Made by a program: the position numbers and the translations under genes. The notes beneath the pieces are model-generated. The model was not told the DNA's origin. It was given only the letters and a program-made list of their open reading frames with translations, and searched no databases. Of a stretch of DNA of 64,000 nt, positions 19,301 to 27,373 are shown piece after piece (the stretch's first letter is position 1; every line of letters starts with the position of its first letter). Where the stretch lies: NCBI GenBank assembly GCA_039033415.1, contig JBCCCR010000002.1:38581-102580 (forward strand), given 5' to 3'. The DNA comes from Pseudomonadota bacterium (GTDB taxonomy: Bacteria > Pseudomonadota > Gammaproteobacteria > Xanthomonadales > SZUA-38).

Positions 19301-20653
19301 GTCGTAGGTGAAGTCGATCTGCGTTGACTGCTGCGGCCCAAGGTCGGGTAGATTGAAATCGGCAAAGAAACTACCGCCGGTGTCGGTGGCGGTTGCGACA
19401 ACGCCGGTGGCATCCTGCCCGCCGTCAGCGATGTTAGTGATCGTTGCCGTGACCATCGGGATCGTGAAGACGGTTCCGTTCTTGGCCAGACTCTGCACGT
19501 CGATCATCAGGTCGGTGACCGTCAGATCGGGTCGATCGTCGATCGTAATCGTGGCACTGGTAATGCTGCCCAGCTCGGCACCGCCTGTGGGATTGGAGAT
19601 CGTCAAAAGAAAGTCTTCGGGGCCCTCAACCTGCATGTCAGGCAGAATCGGGATCGTGACCACCTGGGGCGAGCTGTCGCCATCCATCCAGGTGGCCGTT
19701 CCGCTGGTGAACGTATAGTCGAGGCCAGACGCCGCACCGTCGGTAACGATATCGGTTCGGAAGTCGACGGTGACCTCGCCGATGCTGCCCTGGATCCGCA
19801 CCAGGTTGATATCGATACTGCCCGCGGTTTCGTCAACGTCGTAGGTGGCATTCTCAATTCGGATAGCGCCGTTGCCGTCGCAGTTGGTCACGCATTGCGC
19901 TTCCCAGAACCAGCTACAGGGCTCCGAGCAGATACCTCCGGTGAAAACGGATCCTGTGCAAGACTGCTCCGGTTCAAGCTCGTAGCGAAAATTGAAGTTC
20001 ACGTTGCCACGGGCAACGTTGATGGGAAGGTCGACCGGCTGGTTGCTGCCAAAATCAAAGCTGAGACCTTCGAGGCTGCCCGATCCGTTGACGTTGCTAA
20101 AGAACGCCTCGCCGTTGAGGCCGCCACCCGGCGTATCGTCGGAGAAAGAAAACTGGTAGCCGTCGCTAGAGGGAAAAATCTCAAACTGTTCGGAGGCGTT
20201 GGCGTTCCCCGTGATCAGCCCGCCGGTAAAACACTGCAGCTCGTTGCCAGCGGAAAGGGTGGCGCCATTGGCCGTAACCTGAAGGTTGACCATGGTCGCG
20301 GCGCCCTGCGCGTCGGTCTGAACGCTGAACGCGATGGTTTCGCCCGGCGGGCCTTTGGCACCTTCCCGCGCACCGTCTTTGGCAAAGGTGTCGCGGATCA
20401 GCGTCCCTTCCCAAGTAGAGGTGGTGTTGGGTACGAGCTTGGCGTCTTCGCCAAACGAAGGTTGGTCAGCTTTCGCCGACGGGGGCTGGCCCTGACTGGT
20501 GCCCATGGCCGCCACAATGACTATGAAAGCGCCTAAGAACGATCTGGTTCCCACACGCGACCCCTTGCGGCTCTTTAATGACCGCTTCTGCTTAAGTTGT
20601 TGATCCAGTGTAGCCGCTGGCAGAGGCCTGTCCAGCCGCCGCCCGATCGCCAC
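16346..20653 (-). CDS. giant secreted surface/adhesin-like protein with Calx-beta, CARDB and beta-propeller-like repeat domains
   Basis: 1435 aa; Calx-beta signature (DYTFTSGTATWMDGDSSPQVVTIPILPD...TISNPTGGAELG...TITIDD); two CARDB-like modules incl. C-terminal one; repeated W..P..I blade-like motifs; probable real start is in-frame GTG near 20557 giving signal peptide MGTRSFLGAFIVIVAAMGTSQG with AAGGGG RBS. Confidence 0.75.
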   Translation of the reverse strand: MAIGRRLDRPLPAATLDQQLKQKRSLKSRKGSRVGTRSFLGAFIVIVAAMGTSQGQPPSAKADQPSFGEDAKLVPNTTSTWEGTLIRDTFAKDGAREGAKGPPGETIAFSVQTDAQGAATMVNLQVTANGATLSAGNELQCFTGGLITGNANASEQFEIFPSSDGYQFSFSDDTPGGGLNGEAFFSNVNGSGSLEGLSFDFGSNQPVDLPINVARGNVNFNFRYELEPEQSCTGSVFTGGICSEPCSWFWEAQCVTNCDGNGAIRIENATYDVDETAGSIDINLVRIQGSIGEVTVDFRTDIVTDGAASGLDYTFTSGTATWMDGDSSPQVVTIPILPDMQVEGPEDFLLTISNPTGGAELGSITSATITIDDRPDLTVTDLMIDVQSLAKNGTVFTIPMVTATITNIADGGQDATGVVATATDTGGSFFADFNLPDLGPQQSTQIDFTYDVTSALQAGDGFAAGNEIVITVDPFDSIEERSETNNEATEDAEPDVRPVVELNPSLTLEDHFFLNGPVASNTIQAQVDWNGPILAGNGEAPFGSVTFDLNGDDTVVPGTASGAMTIYNMGSDLMTGFGCDNNSLVVEAEQDGFLSEPVSESTTAFPFPAWVEWAIQNIPGVDSNFASMVMPPVVNYAYSFKYPEPPFVATVPIPSFVPYFGGQELGILPTFAEANVLAASSGLGTVGLAGTTGLAVAAFEIVGTVFGEGQVQFLCGRSLDLLATTFGIDITGSITREQRLLEIFPGVSVLTSIPLIGDYIEGVLDTVLISGKIGGRGKFTATFRPRTGGALQFDSGTGRIGLPTNASLHVRPLENVDITVFGGGEPFVMAKVPEPNFDRAGILLVAQVQFDIYGFGDVFVQAVNCTIPGGCTVSDMANKAVLAPANWRLLPRKHLAQPDYATFAVSPGKTTVSSGDVETTLVSSTFPRTRLSLSTTGDGRRLLVYVHDDPADPAGRGTEIRSLFYDGASWQAPVQIVDDTQPEFAPQVAFDGVGNGIALWERSELSSLDPITEFDLAFAQSLELVSSVWNGTSWSTPVAVTSNTDMDHAANIASGNDGSVLAIWKNHSGGNLLGDAANPVALSYATWSGSSWSAPQSIASGLTALTQTTVAQRDANVASAAFIRSTGSSGFNAAEAELFLTTFDGLSWAAPQRITNDTTSDTAPALAYDSSGSRHLVWVRDGDLVWLRDSVDIADVVTIRPGSGDVGFQSFELVSDANGNLAIVWPFSQGDGLNAGYLIFDQVADQWGQAQALQDDSDIEGPVVAAFAADGSLNLAYIKTAVTLEDVEVTTPGTGTFTAENVPTEGASDLAYLEHPLGIDATVSLIDLTPGNVLPNQDYELAVSVSNSGDFTIDSLSLEIFQNDGQILVQDVMNLAAGETRIVTFNGNLGTASKQVFRAVVDPAGLLTEKDESNNELTFQLGGPIFDAVFADGFE

Positions 20654-21028
20654 AGCAAGCGAAGTCGACAGCCCGCGGCCGGCCGGCCGTCATTTTGAAT
20701 ATTCAACGACTAGACGAAAAGAGCCGCCTCGCGGATCTAGTGGATGGTTGCGAATCGGTTGTGCGACACCCGCGCCATTGGTCTAAAGAAAACGACCGTC
20801 TGGCTCTTGGCATCGCGCGTTGGGCAGCAGGATTTCCATGCGGCTAGCGAGGAGAAAAGACCGTGTTCACTGGCGATTCTCCGGGTTGTTCACACCTACC
20901 AAACAACCATTTAACGATTTGGTAATCTCCTCTTCATGTTTGCGTAAAGCGTCCACACGCTTTGTCCGCAAAAGGATCACTTTTTTGACCCTAGCGTAGC
21001 GCCTCCACTCAACATGGAGGCAGCTCCC

Positions 21029-23701
21029 ATGAAACCTCGTATTTTCCTTGCCGGTCTGGCCCTGTGCGTCGGCGGTTTGGCCAACGCACAACAGGCTCGC
21101 GTCAACGTTGGCCATCTGGCGCCGTTCGACGCCGACATCGCCGGCACCGCTGTTTCGGTCAACGTGAACGGCGGTGAAGTCGCCAGCGGCGTCACCTTTA
21201 ACCAATTTTCTGGCTACCTAGACGTTGCCCCAGGCAACACTACGGTCGACGTGTTTGCCCCGCCCGGCGGCATGATGGCTGCCATCACCGACAGCTTCGA
21301 CCTGGTCGCTGACACCGACTACACGGTGCTGGCCCTCGGCGACGGCACCAACCAGGGTCTATCGCTACTGGCACTGCAAGACGATAACTCCGTACCGGCA
21401 GCGGGCTTCGCTCGGCTGCGTATCGTCCACGCCGCGCCGTTCGCCGACACGCTCCCGGGTACCGCCGTTTCGATCCGCTTCGACGACGGCACGCTGGTCG
21501 GGACACTTTCAAACGTTGAGTTCGGCGGCGACTCGGGGTACCTGGATCTGGCCGCGGGCGAGTACGACCTGCAGGTAGCATCACCTGACGGCACCCAGAC
21601 GTTCATCAACATCGCGCCTGTCACGCTGAATGACGGCGACGTGGTCACCGTCTTCGCCGTCGGCGACATCACCAACCAGCCGCTGGGCGCCACCGCTGCC
21701 TTCGGCGATGGATCATTTGCGCCGCTCCCGCTCGAGTCGCGGGTGAACGTCGGCCACCTGGCCCCGTTTGACGCGATGCTGTCCGGGACCGAGGTATCCG
21801 TCAGCGTCAACGGCACCGAGGTTGCGCCGAGCGTGACGTTCAACCAGTTTTCGGACTATCTGCCGGTCGTCGAAGGCAGTAATCAAGTCGACGTTTTTGC
21901 ACCGCCCGGCGCAATGATGGCGGCTATTTCCGAAACGTTTGATCTCGCTGCAGCGACCGACTTTACGGTGCTTGCGATTGGTGACGGCACCAATCAGCCG
22001 CTCGAGCTGCTGCCGCTGGAAGACGAAAACTCGGCACCCTCAGCCGGCAACGCCAAAATCCGCGTCGTGCACGCTGCACCCTTCGCGGCCGAGATCGCGG
22101 ATACCGCCGTATCGATCCGCCTCGACAGCGGCGCGATCGTCAACAGTCTTGCCAGCGTGCTGTACAGCGAGGACTCGGGATTCTTCGAACTGCCCGCCGG
22201 CGATTACGATCTTCAGGTTGCCTCCCCCGACGGCACCCAGGCATTTATCAATCTCGCGCCGATCACGCTGGCTGACGGCGATATCGTGACGGTCTTTGCC
22301 GTTGGTGATGGCGCCAACCAGGCCCTTGGCGCTACGGCTTTCTTCGCTAACGGCACGTTTGCCAGCCTGCCGCTGGAGCCCACCGCCCGAGTCAACGTGG
22401 GTCACCTTGCGCCGTTTGCGCGCGACATCGCCGGAACTGCCGTGTCGGTGAATTTGAACGATGCGGAAGTCGCAACCGGCGTTGTGTTCCAACAGTTCTC
22501 CGGGTACCTCCCGGTAGACGCCGTGAGCACCGACGTCGACATCTTTGCCCCGCCGGGCTCGGGCGGAGCGCCGGCCATCAGCGGAACCGCAAACCTGCTC
22601 GAAGACATCGATTACACGGTGCTGGCTATCGGCGACGGTACGAACCAGGCGCTCGATCTACTGGTGCTGACCGACGAGAACACGCCGCCAACCGCCGGTA
22701 ACGCCAAGGTACGGGTGGTTCACGCGGCACCGTTTGCCGCTACCGGTCCTGCAACCGCGGTTTCCATTCGCCTGGACGACGGCACGGTCGTTGAGAATCT
22801 CACCAGCGTTGAATATGGCGCCGACTCGGGCTTCTTCGAGCTGACAGCCGGCGAGTACGACCTTCAGGTTGCGTCTCCGGACGGCACGCAGACGTTCATC
22901 GACCTGCAGCCGGTGACGCTGGCTGACGGTGACGTCGTCACTATCTTTGCGGTCGGTGACGGCGCAAACCGTCCTCTGGGCGCTGTCGCGTTCTTCGCCA
23001 ATGGCCAGTTCGCGACGCTGCCGCTGGCGCCGGTGTTCGCCAACGGCTTCGAAACTGCGCGGGTCAACGTGGGGCATCTGGCACCTTTCGCCAACACCCT
23101 GCCCGGCACCGCGGTTTCGGTGGAGGTGAACGGCACCGAAGTTATCCCGAACGTTGAGTTCAACGTGTTCTCGGGCTATCTCGGAGTGGTCCCCGGCGAA
23201 ACCACCGTCGACGTGCTGGCGCCGCCGGCCACGCCGCCCGCCGCCATCACCACCACCACCACACTCGATCCAGCGACCGACTACACCGTACTCGCTCTCG
23301 GAGATGGCCCCAATCAGATGCTGACCCTGCTGCCGCTGATTGACGACAACCAGCCGCCCGCCGCCGGGAACGTCAAAATCCGCGTTGTGCACGCCGCACC
23401 TTTCAGCGACACGCTGGCTGGCACCGCCGTGTCGATCCGCTTGGATGACGGCACCGTGGTGAACGGGTTAGGAAACGTCGAGTTTCTCGGCGAGTCGGGT
23501 TTCTTCCAGCTGCCGGCGGACGAGTACGACCTTCAGATCGCTTCGCCTGACGGCACCCAGACGTTTATCGACCTGGCCCCGGTGGATCTGCCCGCCGGCA
23601 CCATCGTGACGATCTTTGCGGTCGGAGACGGGGCTAACCAGGATCTGGGCGCCACCGCGTTCTTCCCGGACGGCACCTTCTCCGCCCTGCCGCTCGAGTA
23701 A
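21029..23701 (+). CDS. secreted protein composed of eight DUF4397 domains (four tandem ~220-aa double-domain repeats)
   Basis: GGAGG 7 nt upstream of ATG 21029; signal peptide MKPRIFLAGLALCVGGLANA; repeated RVNVGHLAPF... and RxRVVHAAPF...YDLQVASPDGTQTFI modules matching DUF4397 pattern. Confidence 0.75.
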   Translation: MKPRIFLAGLALCVGGLANAQQARVNVGHLAPFDADIAGTAVSVNVNGGEVASGVTFNQFSGYLDVAPGNTTVDVFAPPGGMMAAITDSFDLVADTDYTVLALGDGTNQGLSLLALQDDNSVPAAGFARLRIVHAAPFADTLPGTAVSIRFDDGTLVGTLSNVEFGGDSGYLDLAAGEYDLQVASPDGTQTFINIAPVTLNDGDVVTVFAVGDITNQPLGATAAFGDGSFAPLPLESRVNVGHLAPFDAMLSGTEVSVSVNGTEVAPSVTFNQFSDYLPVVEGSNQVDVFAPPGAMMAAISETFDLAAATDFTVLAIGDGTNQPLELLPLEDENSAPSAGNAKIRVVHAAPFAAEIADTAVSIRLDSGAIVNSLASVLYSEDSGFFELPAGDYDLQVASPDGTQAFINLAPITLADGDIVTVFAVGDGANQALGATAFFANGTFASLPLEPTARVNVGHLAPFARDIAGTAVSVNLNDAEVATGVVFQQFSGYLPVDAVSTDVDIFAPPGSGGAPAISGTANLLEDIDYTVLAIGDGTNQALDLLVLTDENTPPTAGNAKVRVVHAAPFAATGPATAVSIRLDDGTVVENLTSVEYGADSGFFELTAGEYDLQVASPDGTQTFIDLQPVTLADGDVVTIFAVGDGANRPLGAVAFFANGQFATLPLAPVFANGFETARVNVGHLAPFANTLPGTAVSVEVNGTEVIPNVEFNVFSGYLGVVPGETTVDVLAPPATPPAAITTTTTLDPATDYTVLALGDGPNQMLTLLPLIDDNQPPAAGNVKIRVVHAAPFSDTLAGTAVSIRLDDGTVVNGLGNVEFLGESGFFQLPADEYDLQIASPDGTQTFIDLAPVDLPAGTIVTIFAVGDGANQDLGATAFFPDGTFSALPLE
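21095..23698 (+). repeat. four tandem intragenic repeats (~640-675 bp each) encoding near-identical protein modules but diverged at synonymous sites
   Basis: Repeat units begin near 21095, 21735, 22387, 23061; peptide YDLQVASPDGTQTFI present in all four with different codons. Confidence 0.6.
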
Positions 23702-23720
23702 GCGAGCAGCAGGTATTGAG

Positions 23721-24602
23721 TCAGCCGGGAGCATCGCTCTCGGCTGACTCTGACACCGGCGCTTTGCGGTAGCGAGTCGGGGTTGTTCCCACCACCTTTT
23801 TGAACGTCCGAGTAAAAGCGAGATCCGATTCATAGCCCACGCGGCCGGCGATTTCATAGATCGGGAGCTGCGACTCACTCAGCAGTTCCTTCGCCTTGTC
23901 GATCCGCAATCGCGTCAGATAGTCGAACATCGGTCGGCCCACAAGCGCCTTAAAGCGCCTGGCGAAGGCGGTCCGCGACAGCCCGATTTCCTCTGCCAGG
24001 CCTTCTAGCGTCCACGATTTGGCTGGGCTTTCGTGCAGCATACGCAGCGCCGGCCCGATCTGGCGATCATCCAGGGCTTCGAGCAGCGGCCGCTGCTGCT
24101 TTCGGCCAAAGTCGATACGGACCATTTCAATCAGCAGGACCTCCGTGAGCTTGTCCACAATCAGCTCTGAGCCAGGGTCCTGGGACAGGTATTCAGCGGC
24201 AAGCTGATCCAAGGTCGTGCGAAGCCACGGATGGCAGAGCACCTCCTCGTCTCTCACGATGGTCAGAGACGGAAAGACGTCACCCAACAGCCCGCCGCGA
24301 TCGCGCAAAAACTCGCAATAGCCACATAGCAACAGCGTACCGGCATTGGCTACCGGCGCTGCTCCGGGCGGCTCGCTAAGCAGCTCATGGTGAAGACCGG
24401 GCTCGACAAACACCAGATCGCCGGGCCCGAGCTGCTGAAGGGAATCATCCGCGCGTATCCAGCACTCTCCGCGTCGCACGACGTGAAACGAGGCGGCTGA
24501 CGGCTCGTCAAACTCCAACGTCCAGGGCGCGTCCAGCCGGTCGCAGAAATAGACACTGCCTCGCACCCTCATCGACCGAAGAATGTCGCTCAGCACCTCC
24601 AT
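23721..24602 (-). CDS. AraC family transcriptional regulator (cupin sensor + AraC HTH)
   Basis: C-terminal AraC-type HTH (RTAFARRFKALVGRPMFDYLTRLRIDKAKELL...IAGRVGYESDLAFTRTFKK). Confidence 0.8.
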   Translation of the reverse strand: MEVLSDILRSMRVRGSVYFCDRLDAPWTLEFDEPSAASFHVVRRGECWIRADDSLQQLGPGDLVFVEPGLHHELLSEPPGAAPVANAGTLLLCGYCEFLRDRGGLLGDVFPSLTIVRDEEVLCHPWLRTTLDQLAAEYLSQDPGSELIVDKLTEVLLIEMVRIDFGRKQQRPLLEALDDRQIGPALRMLHESPAKSWTLEGLAEEIGLSRTAFARRFKALVGRPMFDYLTRLRIDKAKELLSESQLPIYEIAGRVGYESDLAFTRTFKKVVGTTPTRYRKAPVSESAESDAPG

Positions 24603-24729
24603 CAGCAGCTGACCCCGTCGTTCAAATTATGTGTACGATTAGTGCCAAAAAAGAACATCAACAGTCATAGATAGTGCCTTTTGAGCTCGGTATCGTAGCA
24701 CTCATTGGTTAACAACGAGGAGCTGGACC

Positions 24730-24999
24730 ATGAACCGAGTGGAAATCTATACCAAAAGCTGGTGCCCCTACTGCGCACGGGCGAAAGCGGACCTTCAGCG
24801 CAGAGGCGTGGCTTACGAGGAAATTGACGTTACCGACGATGAGGTGCGCGAAGCCGAAATGGTGAAACGGGCGGGCCGGACTTCGGTGCCGCAGATATTT
24901 ATTGGCGGCAGGCATCTGGGCGGCAGCGACGACCTGCGAGCAGCTGACCGGTCGGGCGAGCTCGATCACCAGCTGTCACAACAAGGAGAAACGGCATGA
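24730..24999 (+). CDS. grxC: glutaredoxin 3
   Basis: 89 aa, CPYC active site, conserved TSVPQIFIGGRHLGG motif. Confidence 0.85.
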   Translation: MNRVEIYTKSWCPYCARAKADLQRRGVAYEEIDVTDDEVREAEMVKRAGRTSVPQIFIGGRHLGGSDDLRAADRSGELDHQLSQQGETA

Positions 25000-26402
25000 T
25001 TACCAGACGCGTCGACGTGGCGGTCATCGGCGCAGGCTCAGCGGGCCTGCGCGCTTACCGGGCCGCAAAGAAGGAAACCGCGAACGTGGTGCTTATCGAG
25101 GGTGGTCCGTACGGCACCACCTGTGCCCGGGTGGGATGTATGCCGAGCAAGCTGCTGATCGCGGCGGCCGAGGCCGCGCACGGCGCTGCGGAGGCTCATC
25201 GGTTCGGCATCGACGTTGAGGGGATTGAAGTAAACGGCCGCGCGGTGATGGATCGCGTCCGTCGGGAGCGCGATCGCTTTGTCGGGTTTGTTGTTGAAGG
25301 CACCGAGAAGATTCCCGGTGAAGACCGAATTCGCGGCTACGCCCAGTTTGTCGATGATCACGAGCTCATCGTGGACGACCACACGTCCATCATCGCCGAC
25401 CGAGTGGTTATTGCGACCGGCTCGCGACCGGCCTACCCGAGCCGCTGGAACGAATTGGGTGACCGTTTGATCGTCAATGACGACATCTTCGACTGGGAAG
25501 ATCTGCCCAGCTCGGTGGCTGTCTTCGGGCCTGGCGTCATCGGACTGGAACTTGGCCAGGCGCTCGCCCGGCTGGGCGTACAAGTCAGGCTCTTTGGGCT
25601 CGGCGGAAAGGTCGGCCCGTTGTCGGACGAACGCGTCATGGCGGCGGCACGCGAAGCCATGCAATCGGAGTTTCTGTTGGATCCGAATGCCAACGTCAGT
25701 CGTCTGGAGCGGACCGAAGAAGGGGTTGCCATCGACTACGAAGACCAGGACGGCGTAGTCCAGACGGCTCTCGTCGACTTTGTCATCGCGGCCACCGGTA
25801 GAACGCCCAATGTCGACAAGTTAAAGCTGGAAAACACCAGCCTGCCCCTGGATGAGCGTGGCGTGCCGGTGTTTGACGAGAACACCATGCAGATCGGCCG
25901 GTCGCACGTCTTTATCGCCGGTGATGTGGACAACGACCGTCCGCTGCTGCACGAAGCGGCTGACGAAGGCGACATTGCTGGGCGAAACGCTGGGCGATTC
26001 CCAGCGGTTGAACCGGGCGCGCGCCGCTCACCGCTGGCGGTGGTCTTCTCAGACCCGCAGATCGCGATGGTCGGCGCGCGCTTAGCCGACCTGGATGAAC
26101 GAGACGTGGCCGTCGGCGAGGTGTCTTTCGAAGACCAGGGCCGCGCTCGGGTCATGCTCAAGAACCAGGGGCTGCTGCGAGTGTATGCCGACTGCCGCAC
26201 CGGCCGCTTTCTGGGTGCCGAAATGGTGGGACCGGGTGCGGAGCACATCGGTCACCTGCTGGCCTGGGCTCATCAAGCAGGCCTCACCATCACCGAGATG
26301 CTGGAGATGCCTTTCTATCATCCGGTGATTGAGGAAGGCCTTCGAACCGCGCTTCGCGAAGCTCAGAAAGGCGTCGGGCACTGTCTGCGGGTCGCCGCCT
26401 AG
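24996..26402 (+). CDS. FAD-dependent pyridine nucleotide-disulfide oxidoreductase (dihydrolipoyl dehydrogenase-like)
   Basis: GAGSAG FAD motif, redox-active CxxxxC (TTCARVGCMPSK), second Rossmann GxGxxG, C-terminal dimerisation domain; ATGA overlap with grxC stop (translational coupling). Confidence 0.8.
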   Translation: MITRRVDVAVIGAGSAGLRAYRAAKKETANVVLIEGGPYGTTCARVGCMPSKLLIAAAEAAHGAAEAHRFGIDVEGIEVNGRAVMDRVRRERDRFVGFVVEGTEKIPGEDRIRGYAQFVDDHELIVDDHTSIIADRVVIATGSRPAYPSRWNELGDRLIVNDDIFDWEDLPSSVAVFGPGVIGLELGQALARLGVQVRLFGLGGKVGPLSDERVMAAAREAMQSEFLLDPNANVSRLERTEEGVAIDYEDQDGVVQTALVDFVIAATGRTPNVDKLKLENTSLPLDERGVPVFDENTMQIGRSHVFIAGDVDNDRPLLHEAADEGDIAGRNAGRFPAVEPGARRSPLAVVFSDPQIAMVGARLADLDERDVAVGEVSFEDQGRARVMLKNQGLLRVYADCRTGRFLGAEMVGPGAEHIGHLLAWAHQAGLTITEMLEMPFYHPVIEEGLRTALREAQKGVGHCLRVAA

Positions 26403-26509
26403 CGTGACGAACCAGGGCGCCGGGCAAAACCCGGCGCCTCTACCTGGCCGTTCCCGATTGCGGTGTTGTCCCTGCCGCTATACTGGCGGCGCCATGACCG
26501 AATCACGCC

Positions 26510-26878
26510 ATGACGCCTGACACCATTTCTGCACGCATCAAACATGCCCGCGTTGTCGCCGGCCTGTCGCCCCAGGAGATGCGTGAAAAGCTTCGCGGCC
26601 TCGGACTCAAATACAGCCAGGGCGGCTGGCACCGCGTCGAAAATACCGAACCTACCAACCCCAATCTCCAGCTGATCAAAGCGATCAGTCGCGTCACCGG
26701 CGTGTCCCCTGGCTGGCTGCTGTTCGGCGAAGGTGATGCGATGGTGGCCGACACCGGGGTTGCGATCCGCCGGCAGGTGATCGACGCCATTGAGGTGATG
26801 GGATCGACGCTTCGGATGACCAAACGCCAAACCGACAGTTTCAACCGGCTGATTCAGTCACTACGCAACAGCAGCTGA
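26510..26878 (+). CDS. XRE/Cro-CI family helix-turn-helix transcriptional regulator
   Basis: 122 aa; N-terminal HTH (RIKHARVVAGLSPQEMREKL...WHRVENTEPTNPNLQLIKAISRVTGVSPGWLLFGEG); possible promoter TTGCGG-15-TATACT at 26456-26484. Confidence 0.6.
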   Translation: MTPDTISARIKHARVVAGLSPQEMREKLRGLGLKYSQGGWHRVENTEPTNPNLQLIKAISRVTGVSPGWLLFGEGDAMVADTGVAIRRQVIDAIEVMGSTLRMTKRQTDSFNRLIQSLRNSS

Positions 26879-26919
26879 ATCTTTTTTCACTTCATCTGAA
26901 CTTTTTTTCATTTCAGCTG

Positions 26920-26947
26920 TTGACACGGCTCATAGCCGGCGTAGAAT
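26920..26947 (+). promoter_or_regulatory. near-consensus sigma70 promoter (TTGACA-16 nt-TAGAAT)
   Basis: -35 TTGACA 26920-26925, -10 TAGAAT 26942-26947; predicted TSS about 26954. Confidence 0.5.
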
Positions 26948-26953
26948 CCGCCG

Positions 26954-27198
26954 CCATGATTTCCATATTTACCCATAAACGCGCCGAAAGCGCGGCCAGT
27001 AATCGCGTGCTTCGCGATGCGGCCGGCGCTACCTGCATGCCCCTGCGGCACAAGCAGATTTCGCTGCGTTATGACCAGCCCATGAGGCTGGAAACGATGC
27101 GGTAGCCTTCCGAACAACGGGTTGGAAGGCTGCGCAAGCAGAACCTTCCGACCAGTGAGCGAAAGGCCCTGGTTGGTTCTGCCCTCCAGGGTTTTTTT
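26954..27198 (+). ncRNA. unidentified ~245-nt transcript (sRNA, or leaderless mRNA for a 49-aa Arg-rich peptide)
   Basis: Bounded by strong promoter and intrinsic terminator; ATG at 26956 starts 49-codon ORF without SD (leaderless); internal hairpin agccttcc...ggaaggct; not matching 6S, SRP, RNase P or tmRNA signatures I can recall. Confidence 0.35.
27165..27198 (+). terminator. rho-independent terminator (ccctgg...ccaggg + 7 U)
   Basis: Stem 27167-27172/27186-27191 followed by TTTTTTT 27192-27198. Confidence 0.5.
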
Positions 27199-27297
27199 GT
27201 GCCCGGAGGAAGGCTCTTTGACAATTAGACGAATACCATCAGCGGCTTACGCCGTTGATAAATAACACTTTTTGTGGCGAAAGCCGCGATAGGGTGT

Positions 27298-27373
27298 TGG
27301 CGCGTAGTTCAGCCAGTGACGACGCCCGGATCTGACCCGGGAGACGCAGGTGCAAATCCTGCCGCGCCCTCCA
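27298..27373 (+). tRNA. tRNA-Gln(CUG)-like gene with non-canonical features (U1.C72 mismatch, G at position 55), CCA encoded
   Basis: 76 nt; cloverleaf: acceptor 6/7 bp, U8 A9, D-stem 3/4, anticodon stem cccgg/ccggg with loop aTCTGac, T-stem gcagg/cctgc with loop TGCAAAT, ...tCCA end. Confidence 0.4.

Noticed and set aside
26920-27105. 61-aa ORF beginning inside the promoter
   Set aside because: Its first 12 codons overlap the -35/-10 elements. Only the shorter leaderless 49-codon version (from 26956) is physically possible, and even that is uncertain.
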